Shown in pieces: positions 30,241 to 45,286 of a stretch of 64,000 nucleotides of DNA. The stretch lies in assembly GCA_951406725.2 (NCBI GenBank), contig OX597823.1, positions 100,130,001 to 100,194,000 on the forward strand, read 5' to 3'. The DNA comes from Octopus vulgaris. Taxonomy: Eukaryota. Below the pieces are notes generated by a model. That model saw only the letters and a list, made by a program, of their open reading frames with translations, did not search any database and was not told the origin of the DNA. Made by a program: the position numbers and the translations under genes. Position 1 is the stretch's first letter. Each line of letters opens with the position of its first letter.

Positions 30241-31160
30241 CCAAACTAAAAATAGAACAGCAACGAACCATGATAAAACGATGGCAAGAAAAGCCCCTTC
30301 ATGGTAAATACTGGACTAAACTAAACGCAAAAGAAATAGACAAAGAAAAACCCCAGCAATGGTTGAGAAGCTCAGGACTCAAAGCAGAAACAGAGGGATT
30401 TTTAATTGCAGCACAAGACCAAAGCCTCCCCACCAGAAATTACCAAAAACATGTAATGAAAAGAAATATTACAAGTAACTGCAGAATATGTGGAGATGGA
30501 CAAGAAACAATAAATCATATTATCTCTAGCTGCCCAGTCTTGGCTAAGAAGGAATATATTCACAGACATGACAGAGTTGGAACCTACATACATTGGAAGC
30601 TATGCCAACATTATGGAATAACAACAGAAAAAAGATGGTATAGGCACACACCAGAAAAGGTCACAGAAAACGAGAAAGCAACCATACTCTGGGATATGCC
30701 GATACACACAGATAGAGAAATTAAGGCCAACAGACCAGATATAGTTGTCAGAGATCATGAAGAAAAAAATGCTTTCTAATTGATGTATCAATACCGGCTG
30801 ATGACAACGTGTCTCTAAAAGAAATGGAGAAACTCTCAAAATACAAAGACCTGGAAATAGAGGTAACTAGAATGTGGAATCTGAAAACAGAAACAATTCC
30901 TACAATAGTAGGTGCATTAGGCATGATAAAAAAATATTCAGACAAATACATAACAAAAACACCAGGACTTACAAACACATATAACATACAGAAAATTGCA
31001 CTACTAGGCACTGCACACATCCTACGCAGAACACTTTCCATACAATAACCATTAGAGCATCACAACAAATCACAGCACATACCTAAGGCACACAGAGCTG
31101 TGCTCGGTAGTGAAGTGAAAGCACGCTATAAAAATAAAACTACTGAATAATAATAATAAG
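30238..31160 (+). mobile_element. Young 5'-truncated R4/Dong-type LINE inserted in (TAA)n
   Basis: Contains KPLHGKY, ETEGFLIAAQDQSL, CRICGDGQETINHIISSC (CCHC), RHDRV, RPDIV, KLSKYKDL and QKIALLGTAHILR. There is a frameshift in an A-run at about 30765 and (TAA)n on both sides. A near-identical copy lies at 63429-63981. Confidence 0.92.
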
Positions 31161-31381
31161 AAGAAGAAGAAGAAGAGAATAATAATAATATAAACACTAT
31201 AATAACTGAGTGCAGAAGGCTGTTCTCACGCTTTAGATGGCTATTAGATGGCTTGCTGTTTTACACACACACACACACAGGCGCACATACATTCTGTCAC
31301 ACACACACACAATCACACGCTCACACATACACATATACTCTCCCTCCCCTCCCTCTACCTCCCACCTTCCTTCTCGCTCCT

Positions 31382-31417
<36 letters not shown>

Positions 31418-31865
31418 ACATCCTCACTAACACGCACGCGAAAGGGTTTCATTTTAACAACGACCAGAGCCTCCAAAAGAGATTCTACAAACCAGAACAT
31501 CGCAGAGGGCGAAGTTTCTCAAAATTCAAAGGACTGATTTAGTAGCTGAATCCCCTTTTTATAACCCATGGCTACCACTTACAGAATTTCGCCTTTTGTA
31601 ATTCATTAATTCGTTTATTTTGAATAATAGCAGGTCCCGAAATGAATACCATGGAAGACACCATCTTTAATTGGCGTTGCCTAACTTGGACATGGTGTGA
31701 AGCAAAGAAAAAAACAAAACATAAAGATTATTATATTTCGTTTTTGGATTTGGTTTGCAAGATTCTTTATATGAGTTCGTGTGTTAAAGCATATTCTGTT
31801 GTGTCTGGGGAGAGTAATTTTCTTTTTGTGCCTTATTATGTAACACACTCACCGGTAAAATTTCC

Positions 31866-31970
31866 ACTTTTTTCTTATTTTTATTGTCCTAAAATTTTTG
31901 AGAGTCAAAACTATTGAAAAGGTTGCAAGACGCAACGAAAATTTTAGGACAATAAAAATAAGAAAAAAGT
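31866..31970. repeat. 33-bp inverted repeat (palindromic MITE remnant)
   Basis: ACTTTTTTCTTATTTTTATTGTCCTAAAATTTT ... AAAATTTTAGGACAATAAAAATAAGAAAAAAGT. Confidence 0.8.
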
Positions 31971-32611
31971 AGGACATTCGGAACTCACACCAACAAACAG
32001 CGTACAATGTTTCTCTTATTTTACGAATTTCATTAACTTTATGTAATACCAGATTGCTTCACTCCCAAGCTGCGATTGAAACCGGATTGATTGAATTAAG
32101 CAGACACCCAACGAGCAGAAAAGCAGATTGTCATCAGTTTCTTCGGAACCTTCTATTTCACTTCACTCATTCAGAGGTGAATAAATATTTTAAAACTGTT
32201 AAACTGTTGGGGGAAAAATGAAACACGAGGTATTCGAGGAAACTTGATGGCGGACGGCGTCGGTAAGGTCTGCTGTTTACAGTCGGATGTTGTGATGGTA
32301 GGTGGGCGAGGTTAGAATGTTCTCGCTCCTGGTGCATGTGATTCCAATGGTGAGAGAATGGGTACTGGCAGAGACTGGAAGAAAGACAGGGTCTGAGAGG
32401 GAGGGATAATCTGGCAGAGAGGTAGAGAATGATAAACCGTGGGAAAGAGAGAAAGAAGGAAAAAGAGTGATGAACAGGGAGTGAGAGGAAGACAATATAC
32501 GAAGAAATAGAAAGGTACACACACATACACACACACACATAAACATGTAGACGTATAATACATGTGGATTGACATACGACAAAGAAAGAAAGCAACAAAG
32601 GAAGGAACGAA

Positions 32612-32664
<53 letters not shown>

Positions 32665-33429
32665 AATGAAGAAAGAAGGAAAGAAAGAAAGAAGTACATT
32701 ATATCTCATGGGTGCTAAATGTTTGTGCTTTCCGACAGGTTTTGTTAAAGGAACGTCAAACTTGGAAATTGCAACAAAGATTTTGATGAGAATCTCACGA
32801 CAAGACAAGTGTTCCTCTGTTGTTTGTGAAAGACTGAACTTAGCGGAGCAAAGTAGAACAGTGAGAGTGACTTTCTCTGGGGACAGTGAGGCTATATAAA
32901 TATGTATGGATCAATATAAAGAGAAATCTCTTGAGATGTATACTGAAGCAAGCGTTAATAGAGCTAATGTGGCGAACAAGAAAACTTCAATAAGCAATCA
33001 AAACTATACCCGTATCGAGGTGTATATATACTGAACACAGACAAAGCATAGAGTGGAAGATAGAAAAACAAAGAATTTGAAATAAGATGTTGCGCTGAAA
33101 TCTCAAGTTAAAGCTGAGAATAGGGAATGAAGAGGAGAGGGGGAAAAATTTGATCGTTGCCAGAAAGGGGTGACAACTCTGGACATTTACAGATGGACAG
33201 ATATAAATATATATTTGAAAAGAAATTTCCTTAGATTAATAATTATTAACTATATTTAAAAAAAGAACTCTTTAAAAAGCAGACTTGATGGAATGGCGAA
33301 TTTTAGTCTGCTTTTTAAAGAATTTTACCATAATATTTTTTTATATCTGTGTCATTTTTTTTTTATATATATATTTGTGTCTATAAATAGCAATTTCAGT
33401 TATAGTAGCGTTCTACCTTCCAGTTCAAC

Positions 33430-34262
33430 TTTCTGGCTTTGCTTCTCCTCTTAAAGTAAGGAAATCTTGCTAGAATCAGTTAGGAACGAGGGAGTACTGA
33501 GAGCAGAGAAAAAACGGGAAAACAAAGGAAGAAGTACAAAAAGGACATGAAGAATTACGCAATAATGGACTACACAATCAGTTCGATGAACCCACAACAG
33601 AAGTTGCTGGAAAACATAGGTGGGATTGGCTGAATAAAGGAACATTTAAAAAAGAGACCGAGAGCACTATACTGGCAAGACTGAGCTTTGGTCACGAAGT
33701 GGAGGGTCAACCTTAGGAATGAGCAAGTGTCTCCGCTGTGCCGCATCTGCAATGAAGTGGATGAAACCATTGCCCTTATCACGAACGAATACCTTAGACT
33801 TGTCCAAAACCACTACAAGTTGTGGCGACACGACCAGGTAGCGAAACTGTGCGAAAAGTGGGGCCTAGAGAGAGGCAAGACGTGGTATGAGCACAAATAG
33901 CAAAGAGTGGGAGTGTCGAAGACGAGTAAAATCTTCTGGGATTTCCCAATCCAAACAGATCAGGTACTAAAGCATAACAGAACGGACCTAGTAGTGGTGG
34001 ACAAGGTGCACCACATATGCTGTATAGTTGATGTTGCATGGCCCATTGACTCACGAATAGTCAAGAAGGAAGGCAAAAAATGGATAAATACAACTCTCTT
34101 AAGTAGGAAATAGCCCGGTTATGGGAAATGAAAGAGGTGAAGATAGTGCCAATTATTGTTGGGTCTTGGGGACAGTATCAGGAGGCATCAAGAGGAATAT
34201 AAAGGACACTGGAATAGAGGGCCCAGTAGAACTGTTACAAAAGGTTTGCCTCCTTGACATGA
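33430..34262 (+). mobile_element. Degenerate R4/Dong-type LINE 3' part
   Basis: Contains SPLCRICNEVDETIA, RHDQVA, KIFWDFPIQTD, VDVAWP and LLQKVCLL. Confidence 0.75.
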
Positions 34263-34539
34263 GGAGGAGGAGGAGGAGGAGGAGGAAGAGGAAGAGGAGG
34301 AGGAGACGAAGAAGAAGAAGAAGAAGAATCTTTTCTTGTATAGGACTAGACAGAAGACCTGACATTCTGCAGAGTAGGTGTTTGTCGATTGCATCTCAAC
34401 TCCAGTGTTTAACTGGTACTTATTTTATCGACCCCGGATAAAAGGCAAAGTTAGTCTCAGTGAGATTTGAACTTAGAACATAAAGAATCAGAAGAAATGT
34501 CGGTTAATACTAATACTACTACTAATAATAATAATAATA

Positions 34540-35500
34540 ATATTATACCCTTTTTGTGCTTGCTTACTGCACTCATTTAGATGTTTAATACTTCAATCCC
34601 CTTTTCCACATATTCTGTGTTTGTTCTCTGACTGATTTATATCATTCTTTGTCTTTATCAAATTCGTTCTAATGCTTATTTCTGAGTAGCTATAATCAGT
34701 AATTCAGTTTCTTGTTTCAGGTCTCCATCCATCAGCCACGACCAGCGTTCTTTACTCCCTCACTTTCCAGCAATTTGTCCTGCTTTTGGACTCTCTTCGA
34801 TATTTCTTGCTGCGGATAATATTCTTTCTTCCCTATAAACAACATTGTTTTTTTTTTCAAGTCCAGTAATGCAACACTGATGGTGTCTTCTGCATTTAAC
34901 ATACTTCTGCTTCATTCCCTTCTTAAATAAAGGGCATGTGCATATTAGTTTTAGCATAATGTGCGTTATGCATTATTTGCAGTTTCCTAGTTCTTCTGTC
35001 TAATTCCTGTAGCTCTGTTTTTGTCCACTTTAAAAACAGGAACAGAATATCTTAATACTAGCATGGTATATTTACTGAGTGTTTTGATAATATTATCTCT
35101 TCTCGTTAGTTTTATTTCGAAAAACTTGCTAATTCTTCTCTTGTACCATTTGAGGACTCACTTCGTTTTCCATTACTCTTTCTTCTTGCAGCACACCAAC
35201 TTATTTGTATCTTTGTGCCATCAGATTTAATCTTTTCATAATTAATACTGCACACTTATTCACCTCCAAACGCTATAATAATAATATCCTTGCTAAATAT
35301 TCTTAGATAAGTGAATCCAGATCATTGGTTTGTAGTTTGAGGTCATCGAAATAGAGCAGATAACTTATTTTCACCGTGGTTTCAATAAACTCTTAGATAG
35401 ATCTGAATTTTCTCAGTATGCTTGTCAGAGGAATTGACGCAATCACGAAGAGTAATGGAGGGAGCGAGTCGCCTTGAAACACCCAAATATCCTCATCTAT
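34540..35500 (-). mobile_element. Degenerate R4-type LINE RT fragment
   Basis: Minus strand gives QGDSLPPLLFVIASIPLTSILRK, LLYFDDLK and WSWLMDGDLKQETELLIIATQ. Confidence 0.65.
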
Positions 35501-35783
35501 ATTTTTACACTTCAACACTTTAGTTCCAATTTCCACGAATTCATCGCTATTACTAAAAAAAAAAACCTTCTAATCTTCTCATTGACCCCAAGTGTCCTCA
35601 GGCACTCCAAAAGCCAAAAGCGTAATGCATTATCACATTGCAGCAGCCTTGTAAATAGGTGGGAGTCTTGGTACGTTGCCCTATTTGACATTGGCACTTC
35701 CCCTTGCTTTCTTAAGCGGAGTTCATTCTAGAAAATTACCATTTGTAAATCTCACAATGAGAGATATTCAGCAACAGTACTTT

Positions 35784-36070
35784 GGAGTAAAGATTATTTG
35801 CCAACATAACATGGCAGTCCTGGTTTAGGACGAATGTTGCCGTAATTTAGCCCTAGGAGACATCGTCTCCAGCTAGCTATACGACACGATCTGTGTCTTT
35901 ATATTTTCGAACAAGGGAATCTAGCACCCCCACCCAGCTCAAAACAATATAAGGGCAATAGATCGTGCCATATAGAGCCAGCTGGAGACGATGTCACCTG
36001 GGGCTAAATTACAGCAACATTCGTCCTAAACCAGGACTGCCATGTTATGTCGGCAAATAATCTTTACTCC
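35784..36070. mobile_element. Palindromic MITE with ~110-bp inverted arms
   Basis: GGAGTAAAGATTATTTGCCAACATAACATGGCAGTCCTGGTTTAGGACGAATGTTGC... is mirrored by ...GCAACATTCGTCCTAAACCAGGACTGCCATGTTATGTCGGCAAATAATCTTTACTCC. Confidence 0.88.
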
Positions 36071-36323
36071 GGAGTTCATTTTGTTGAAAACATTCAGATC
36101 ATACTTCCGATTTCCTCCTTGCCCATATTCTTCTGGGACGTAGACCTGCAAGGTGGAATGGACATCAGCCGCTTTAATCTCACTTGTCTGGGAAGGGAGC
36201 CTGCAAATGTCATACCTGTGTCTTTGTTTCCGTCACTAACTTACTTCAAAAGAAAAATTAAATCGGAAGCCAAAATCAATGGTCTCACAATGAGAATTTA
36301 TTCCTGTCCACAGAGCTAAAATA

Positions 36324-36498
<175 letters not shown>

Positions 36499-36702
36499 AG
36501 AAGAGCTACAAGAACAATTGTGCATATAAACAAAACTCCAGACTTTATATTAGCAAATACCGTAAGACATGTTGACAGGTGCTCTATCGATCTTTGCCAA
36601 TCAATCAGTTTATAAAGGAGGGATTGCGGAGTGTCTTGCAAATTGAATTGCCATATAAAAATGGTGCTTATTATTAGACGTAGTTTATCTACACACGAGA
36701 AA

Positions 36703-36756
<54 letters not shown>

Positions 36757-39700
36757 GCATATGCGCGCGCACGTGCACACATGATGGAAGTCACAAATTG
36801 GGGGGGGGGGTACGAGGAGATTGACAATTAAAATTTGATTTGTAATGATATAAAAGCTGATAGGAATTTATTCTTTTTAACTATTCATTGGTTGTGTATT
36901 CCGTAGTATTGCAACCAACTTTTAAAGCGGTGAATTGGCAGAATCGTTAGCGCACCGGTCAAAATGCTTAACAACAGTTCATCTGGCCTTATGTTGTGAG
37001 TTCGAATTCCGCAGTGGTCGACTTTGCCTTTCGTCCTCTCAGGGTCGATAAAATGAGTACCAGTTAAACCCCGCCATGCAGCGGGACTGAACCCGGAACC
37101 ATGTGGCTAGGCAGAAAGCCTCTAACCACATGGCCAAGCCAATTTACTATTGCTGTTTCAAGCCAATACGATTTCATGCGTATGTTTAAACTCCGATAAA
37201 TGGTACTCCGAGCTATCGTCATGTACATGGTGTATGATTTTAAGTCGATCCTGTCAGTATATCGACAAGAGTTACTCCCAACAAACTGAACTCAGAAAAA
37301 ATAACAATCTCGATGCTTTCACCCTGTTCTCTGAAGCAGAAGTCATATCAGAACAAAAATGGAGAGAAATTTTGGAAACTGTGAAGTTTCCGGATGGCAT
37401 TAGTAAAAGGTGCAGCTTCAATTGGATGCTGTTTTGCGGGTAAACCTTACTTCACACTATGTGCTCTCTTGACCTGTTAAAATTAACAGCTAAATCTATC
37501 TCAAATCACATTTTAATGTAATTTTATATATCCCGAAAGAGACTGGATGGTCATAGCAAGAATGGCTTAGAATAAAAACTCTGCTCGACCAGGATTGATA
37601 TGAACCTAAACAACGACAGCAAACGAACCAACAACGGTTCCTAGCTAGAAACAGCAGCTAAACCATGGCATACTGTCCTTCCAAAAGGACATATTGGGTA
37701 ATATAGTCCTGGAAACACGTTTTTCCGAATAAAAGGTGAGATGGTCGCAGTTAGAAGGCCTCTCATCAATCGTCTGCTCAACCACGATCGATCAATAGCT
37801 AAATAACAATAGCATCATCGCAAAAAGCATCTGTGAGGAGAGAAGTACAGAATGGCAACTACTGCGCGCTCCGACCGAGTCCGTCTGTTTCTGTTGAATC
37901 TCACCATTAGAAACAAACTAAGACAAGAAGGTGCTACTCATATTGAAATTTAAAACTATCCGCTGGCGAAATTCTCCAAAATTCCGGGTGGACAAAAAAC
38001 ACTGATTTAAGTCATTGAGTCCCAACAGTCAATTAATTTAAGTTACATAACAATGAGTTGGTAAAACAAGCGACGGGTAGGTTCTTAACACATCTGCCTC
38101 CCTACAGGCGTTTTATTTATGCTCTTGCAATTCGTCCCTGGACGAGATTGTAGAGAAAAGTTCAGTAACATGGTCCTCAAGAGGATTACTAAGGTATGCT
38201 TTATATATGTCGGACATTTTCCAAACATATTTCAAATCTTATGCATTTGTGGATTACTGAGCAATGGATAGCTTTTACGTAGTCTTCTGTGTCACGGTTT
38301 TGCTTATTTTTCCTCCCGATATAAGCATTACCATTAAACCGGCGACAGTGTTCGTTCGAATGCTACGGGGGAATTGGTCCGATTCTCGGCGCTCTAAATT
38401 CAAACCCTCTCAGGTCAACCTTCCTTTTAGTTCTTTCGAGGTCGATAAAAAAAAGCAGCAACCCAAGGCTGTGGGTCGACGCATCTGTTAGATGGCCGAG
38501 CGAGATGCCTTGCAATAGCCAGCGATTCTGGTGTATCAGACCAAGGTTGGCGCAGATTTCCCCTTCAATAAATATCAATGGTACAACGAAGAATGGGGAC
38601 TTGCATGTAATGGACAACAGTCAGACTTCCTCAAAAATATTGCCCAGGCCTGCATATGTAGATATAATGTCGACCTTGAACGACAGAAGCCTTATATAAT
38701 TATTTGAGGGAGAGAGGATAGGAAGGGGGATATTTTTATAAAGAGGATATCATATATTATACATGAAGATCAAAGGTAAATTTCAGAAAACAACAAACGT
38801 GAGTTGTAAGAAAAAGAGTTGATGTCTGTAGCAGACGACGATCTGCAGCATGTCCGGACTGGCTCACTGCACTCCAAACGATAAGAACAAGGCATAATAA
38901 GGCCCCAACCAGGTATACGCTCATAGGGGTGAAGGATTTCATGCTGTTATCAAATCAATCAATCCATTACATATCGATCTGAGTTGACTAAAGGTGCACA
39001 ACAATAAAAGAAACGTTAGTAGAAGGCCACAAATTTATTGAATGGTTTTGTGAATTGGATCAACCAAGTGTCGCTTTTTTTAATGAAATAACTGGAGCAA
39101 TAAGAGATTAGGAAAGTCGAAATTGACAGGGATTCAGGACTAATTTTCAGTCCACTTCTTTAGAGTCCACTGGAGAGAAAGAGAGAGGGAGAAGAGAGAA
39201 GGAGAGAGAGACAGACAGACAGGTGTGTGTATATAGTGAGAGGGAGGATGGAGAATGAGCAGGGAGTTAATGATTAGATTATGTCTGTTGTCAGTAATAA
39301 AAGGCGTGAGATAATACTGAAGGCAACGGCAGTGAACCGCCACTGGTGCGTGACATCATCGATCGTCGGAGCATCACGGTTGGACGAGGATTGCAGATTT
39401 TATTCTACCATCCGAGCCTATTTTCATGTTGACACCGATCAGGAGTTGATTGCATCGACCCCGACCAGTTAGCACTTGATTGGTACTTTATCATCGAATA
39501 TGGAAGGATGAGTAGAAAAGTTGACTTCGGCACGTTTTGAACTTGGAACATATAGGGCACGATATACAACACGGCATTCTGTTTGATGCTCTAATGATAC
39601 CGCCAAACTGCCACCCTGTTTGAAATTTAATTCTACCGTGCTACCATATCTTTCACCCCAATCCCATTGTCCTATAAAATAAAATAAAAACCCTAGTAGA

Positions 39701-41064
39701 TAAGAGGACCATCCACCTGGTCAGTCGATTTTCTAAAATTAGCATCCAAATATCGCTCCATTTTCATTCTACGGTCTTAAAATAGGGGTGGGATACATTT
39801 GACAGTACTCAAAAACCCCAAAAGAACGATATGGTCATGGCTGGAACGCCATTGTTCATTGGTATCCTTGACCAGGAGTAAATTAGGAGCAACACAACAT
39901 GGTAAAAATAAGAACGTTTTTAAGGACAATTACAACAGTAGCAGCAACAGGGACGTCTCTAATGTTCAATATTACCCCAACAGCTATAGCGAGGACGTTA
40001 TCCTACACCAACACCCTTACATAAACACAAAGGAAGATACGAGTCAAGGGGGAAGCCTATAAGCGGTCTTTCGGTATGCGAGAAATGGCAGTCAATTTTT
40101 CAAATCACACACTGCAGTATGTTTTAAAACGGACACATTAGAAAATGTAGTAATAGATATATTGTCTGAATAAGAGGGATGGTCAAGGATGGATATAAGA
40201 TGACCTGGTTCTAAACAGCAACAAAAACAAAGGAGCCTTTATATGGTCGCTCGTTATAGAGACTGACACCTTGTGAACCAATACCGAAAGAATGTTTTGT
40301 TTTTTTTTTGTTTTGTTTTTTCATTTTCTTTTGTTTCTTTGACGGGTAATGGATTGCATCGGATTGCTTAGAATTCGTTCTGAAAGGATGAAAAACAAAA
40401 ATTGACCCCTCGATGAGTCAATTTGAGAACCGAAGATGGGGAATATCGCAAGACCCGACACACGATTCTGGCGAAAAGATATCGATGAGGAAAAATACGA
40501 AGAGAGTTGGGGAATAACAAGATGAACAACAACAAACTTACCTTGGTGTCCTGTGCCTGAACAACAGTAACGTAAATCCGTTTAGCTCGACCGTTAGAGC
40601 AAGAATGTCTGTCACTTGTATTTATTTATTTATTTATTATTATTTATTTTTTTTAGAGAAACGTCCGCATTTGACATGAGACGTTAAATGAAAGTATCTT
40701 TCTTATGGACTTTGAACTACGAACTACTAAACAACTTGGTCCACACTATGGTCCTTGATAGCTGTGTGCGAGCTTGTTTATTGTAACGACGTCGCCGTAA
40801 ATGTTTTCGTCCGAAACCCAACTTGTTTGTTTAGAAAGTGTTTGTTTGTTGGTGATGGTTTTGTTTATCTGAATGACTGGAGAACAGCGAAGATAGTGTG
40901 TCATATATGACAGGTAGGTGTGCGTGTGCGAGTATTTATAAATGTGTAATATACTTGTATATTACACATGTTCATATATTTGTATACGTGTCCACATTTA
41001 TCAGTGCACGCTCAGAAAGTGAAATTAAAGTAGTTATGCGAGCCAACGTCTAAGTTTTACATAC

Positions 41065-41198
<134 letters not shown>

Positions 41199-42599
41199 GT
41201 GTATGTTCTGTATGTGTGTGTTGTGTGGGGGGGGGGGGGTACGCACTCGCGTTCGCACGCGAGTGTATTATGTGTATATCTACATACAAGACAGCAAACA
41301 GTTCAATGGCTTTAGGAGGCTTGCCGCTTTACTACATCAATGAATGAAACAGCTCCACAATCACTTTTCACGAACGCACACACACGCACACACACTCTCC
41401 TCCCACTCTCTCTCTCGCTTTCTCTTCTATCAACTCCACACTGACGTTCTAATACTACTTCTTCACTCCGGCTGTTCCTTCAATCACACGTACCCTTACT
41501 TTCACGTTTAATTTGTACGCGTTACCAGTGAAACACCCTACACCTCAATAATATATTTATTTCCTCTAATCACTCTTTTACTTTATCTCATCTTAAAAGC
41601 CACTACCACCACTTTGCTTTCGTTGATTCATCACCGTCATGACTTTTTAAACATTTCTTTTCCTCTTTCTTCTACATTCACAACGTCTTATCTCTATCGC
41701 TCCGTCTCACACACTCGACTTCGATTCTCCTTCTCCTCCTCCTCTTACTTTAGACAACGCTCCAATTTCATTGGTCGAGAAATCTGCTCTGTCTTTTCCA
41801 CCCTTCCTCTCTGAAATGTATAGCAACCTGCAATTTTTTTCCGTCTTGATTCGCTCCAAATAAGAACTCTCACTCACCATGGACACAGTTACAAATGTTT
41901 TTCTGTGTTTGTTGTGTGGCTTAAGAAGCTCGCTTTGCAACCACTGCGCGGCACTTTGAGCATGTGCCTCCTACAATAACCCCGAACCGACCAATGCTCT
42001 GTGAGTGAATTTAGTAAACAGAATCTGTGTGGCATTACTGTCCTCCTTCTGATTGACAATATGAGTACCGGAGTCGATTAGCCCCACCCGCAGTGGAATA
42101 ACTCGAACAAATAATGGGTAAAAGGTGTGCGCGTGCGCGCGTGAGTGGTTAGGAAACTCGCCTCACAACCACACTGATTCCACTTCGCGACGCTCTGGGT
42201 GAGAATGATCCATTGACAGAAACCGCGAAAGTCCGTCGAGAGCTCGCGGGTGGTGGTGGCGGTGGTGGTGGCGGCGGGTGTTGGAGAATGAAACCAGTTA
42301 CAACAATCCCACGGAAATATATTTCTTGACATTTATTCAACGTTGTAGGCATACCAACATTAAATCTCAGATTATCCAATAAAGGATATATATATCGCAT
42401 AATTAATTAAATATTTAATTAATGATTTTATCTGTTGAGTCTATAGGAAGAGGCAGAGCTCATGGCCCTTGCAAACACTCTGAGTCTGCTGAGATTGGTG
42501 TTGTTGGTGTTCTGATTAAACTATTGCAGGTCAACATTTGTGGGAAAGATACCAAGTGGAGTTAAAAGTTTTCCTTTGGATTTTCACTGATGATTTTTC

Positions 42600-44047
42600 A
42601 CAACTTGTATCTCCATCTTAATTCATTAATTTAACACAATCTGCGGAACTGCTTAGTGTTTATTTTCATATATAACAGATAAACATTAATTGTTTATGCT
42701 TTATTTTCATAATGAGTAGTGAAAAAAATGAAATTAGAGCCATTTTGTGCTACCCGTGGGATAAAAAATTAGTGAGTTCAAGAGCAGCACCAAACAAATT
42801 TATAATGTGGGAAAGGCAGAAACTGCCAAATAATGCGTAACAGACGTTTGAAGGAAGGTGACACCAACGTCAAAGAAGCCAAGGTCAGGGTGACCCTCTG
42901 CTGTGGAAGCTGAGGTCTTGCTTGAAATGGTTGAACAATCGGCAAGCTCAAGCACTCGTGCATTGTCGGCAGAACTTGGTCTGTCACAAAACGCCATCAA
43001 CTGACAACTCCATAAGCTTGGCCTTGTGAACAGAGGCTCCTCATAAACTGACCAATAACCAGGCTCAACGACGTCTGAACACTTGCAAAAAGTTGCTGGC
43101 AAATCCTTGGGATACCCGTTTTGGGCGTCGATTTGTAACTGGAGACCAAAAATGGATTTATTTTCGTTATTCTAACAAGAGAAATCAGGGGTTTCGTTCC
43201 AGCCCGGCTTCAGAATCTGATGTCAAACAAGGGCGAGTTGAACAGAAGACCCATGTTGTGTGTGAAAGCGCGTGGATTAGTGGTTAGGTTATTCGGCTCA
43301 CGATCGTAAGGTCGTGAGTTCGATTCCCAGAGGCGCGTTGTGTCCTTGAGTAAGACAATTTATTTCTACTCGTAGTTCAAAAAGGCCGGCCTTGACACGT
43401 TCTGTATCATGTTGAATGAGCCTGAGAATTACGTTCAGGGTATGCGTGTCAGTGGAATACTCAACCACTTGCACATTAATTTCTGGAGCAGGCTGTTCGG
43501 TTTGTGGGATCAACTGGAACGATTGTCGCCGTAATCGATGGAGAACCAGGGCAGGTTGTACGTTTGTTGAATTTTCGAGGGGCAGACGGTCATGCTGTGA
43601 AAGCTAACCTTTATACTCAACAACTGCGGTGAGTATATAATGCTTTGAAAGCCCGCTATTCGGCATTGGTCAATCAAAAACACAGACTCCAGTAGCATGA
43701 CAATGCCCCAGCTTTCACGGCCAAAATGAGGAGATGCAAACTTGAGGAACTTGAGAGGCTGGAAGTGTTGCTTCACCCTGTCCATCAGATTGCAACAATT
43801 CCCGATTCATGGCTCATTTCCTGCAAGGGCGTAGGTTCAACAATATGGATGATGTTGGAAACGGCTGCAGGGAGATTTTTGCTTCTAAACCAGCCAAATG
43901 GCGTAGGCTTAGAATTGAGCTTCTGGCACAACAATGGTAAAAGACAATAGAATACGAATGGGATATTATTGTTTGATGAATAAACGTTTCTCGCATGTAA
44001 TTTGTTTAAACTATTAATTAAACTATTAATGATTAAACTATTAATTA
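42600..44047 (+). mobile_element. Decayed mariner transposon with a SINE insertion
   Basis: Relic motifs MSSEKNEIRAIL, PRSG*P, FVTGDQKWIYF, HDNAP, EVLLHP and KW*KTIEYEWDIIV. Ends are approximate. Confidence 0.75.
43262..43570 (+). mobile_element. tRNA-derived SINE nested in mariner
   Basis: GCGCGTGGATTAGTGGTTAGG...GGTCGTGAGTTCGATTCCC (A/B boxes) followed by GTGTCCTTGAGTAAGACA. Confidence 0.7.
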
Positions 44048-44399
44048 CAGCTTGAAATACGAAAGAATCTTTTTACTCACTCTGGTATGAACAGGGAGGA
44101 GATTACAGCCGGGTGGTGTTCTGTGGAGAAAGAACAGGACATAATGGATAGTGTGGGGTTGAGAGGGTTGGACACACCAAGAGATTTGGAGAGATGAGCT
44201 GATGAGGAATATCCTGAAGAGGTATGAGACATGCCAACTCCGAGGATCAGAAACCGTTATAGTAGCGGTAGAAAATACAAGAGGAGACAACAGACCAGTG
44301 AGTCAGGGGCTGAAGTGTGTCCGTTAGTAATTCAATTTTAATCAACCGAATCAATCTTTATGGATGCTATCTAGGAAGTCGGTGAGTGTGTGTAACACC

Positions 44400-44965
44400 A
44401 GTACCTGGGATATTGGGGGGCAGCTGCTAATCACAGATGTGATGTTTTCCACACAAACAAGATATAATCTACATTTCTAAAGGTTCACTGTTTCTTTTGT
44501 TCATTAGCATTTCGTAGCAATTTCCTGTTCTTGGATTGCAAATTCATAGTTTCGAGGTGTGATGAGATATAGCGGTCACGAGTCCAAGAGAGGCTGTGCT
44601 CTATGTTGATAATATTGTTTCTTTTAAGTCTTTGGGAAACATAGCCATGCATAGTCTTTTTGGTATGCTGGACGTTTCACATCCAGGTCATCTTTGAGGT
44701 ATGCTAGTCTGGCCGTTTGAGGGTTGTACGGGAGGTCATCCGGAAGAGAGCGCTCCCTGAGGATCTCGCTACCGACACGTAGGATACTCTTCTCTTCATT
44801 TTCCAGCACTAAGTTAATGTATTTATTTTTGATGCTGTTGTTTAGCAAGTGCTGACGGAGAAAGACAATACGACATTTGAAGGTTGTCGGCACCAATCTC
44901 AAGCCTGTACCTTTTTCATCTTTTCTTACGTAAAGCCTGTCGATATCACTATTCCTCTGCAAATT
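44400..44965 (-). mobile_element. R4-type LINE fragment
   Basis: RNSDIDRLYVRKDEKGTGL matches the 'D.DRLY..R..GGRGL' motif; FAIQEQEIATK lies downstream. Confidence 0.6.
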
Positions 44966-45221
44966 TCCAGTTGTACGTATGTATGTATGTATGTATGTAT
45001 GTATGTATGTATGTATGTATGTATGTAGGCTCTAGCCGCAGTGACGACTAAAATCTTTGGGTATACTCTAGAATAAACTTTAGTATGACAAATAAACACT
45101 GCTGACACGTCAGTAATTTAGTATAAACGAGAGAAACATTAACGTATCAAATAAATGTATTGAATTTACGAACGTAGTATCTTTGGGTATATACTGTGAG
45201 GTATAACTCGGGTATTTATAT

Positions 45222-45286
<65 letters not shown>

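Noticed and set aside
40540-40900. Possible minus-strand exon ending at AAG|GTAAGT (~40543)
   Set aside because: Only a donor-like motif, with no ORF or acceptor support.
43262-43335. tRNA gene (also other GTTCGA/GTTCAA motifs)
   Set aside because: There is no complete cloverleaf. These are SINE heads continuing into SINE bodies.
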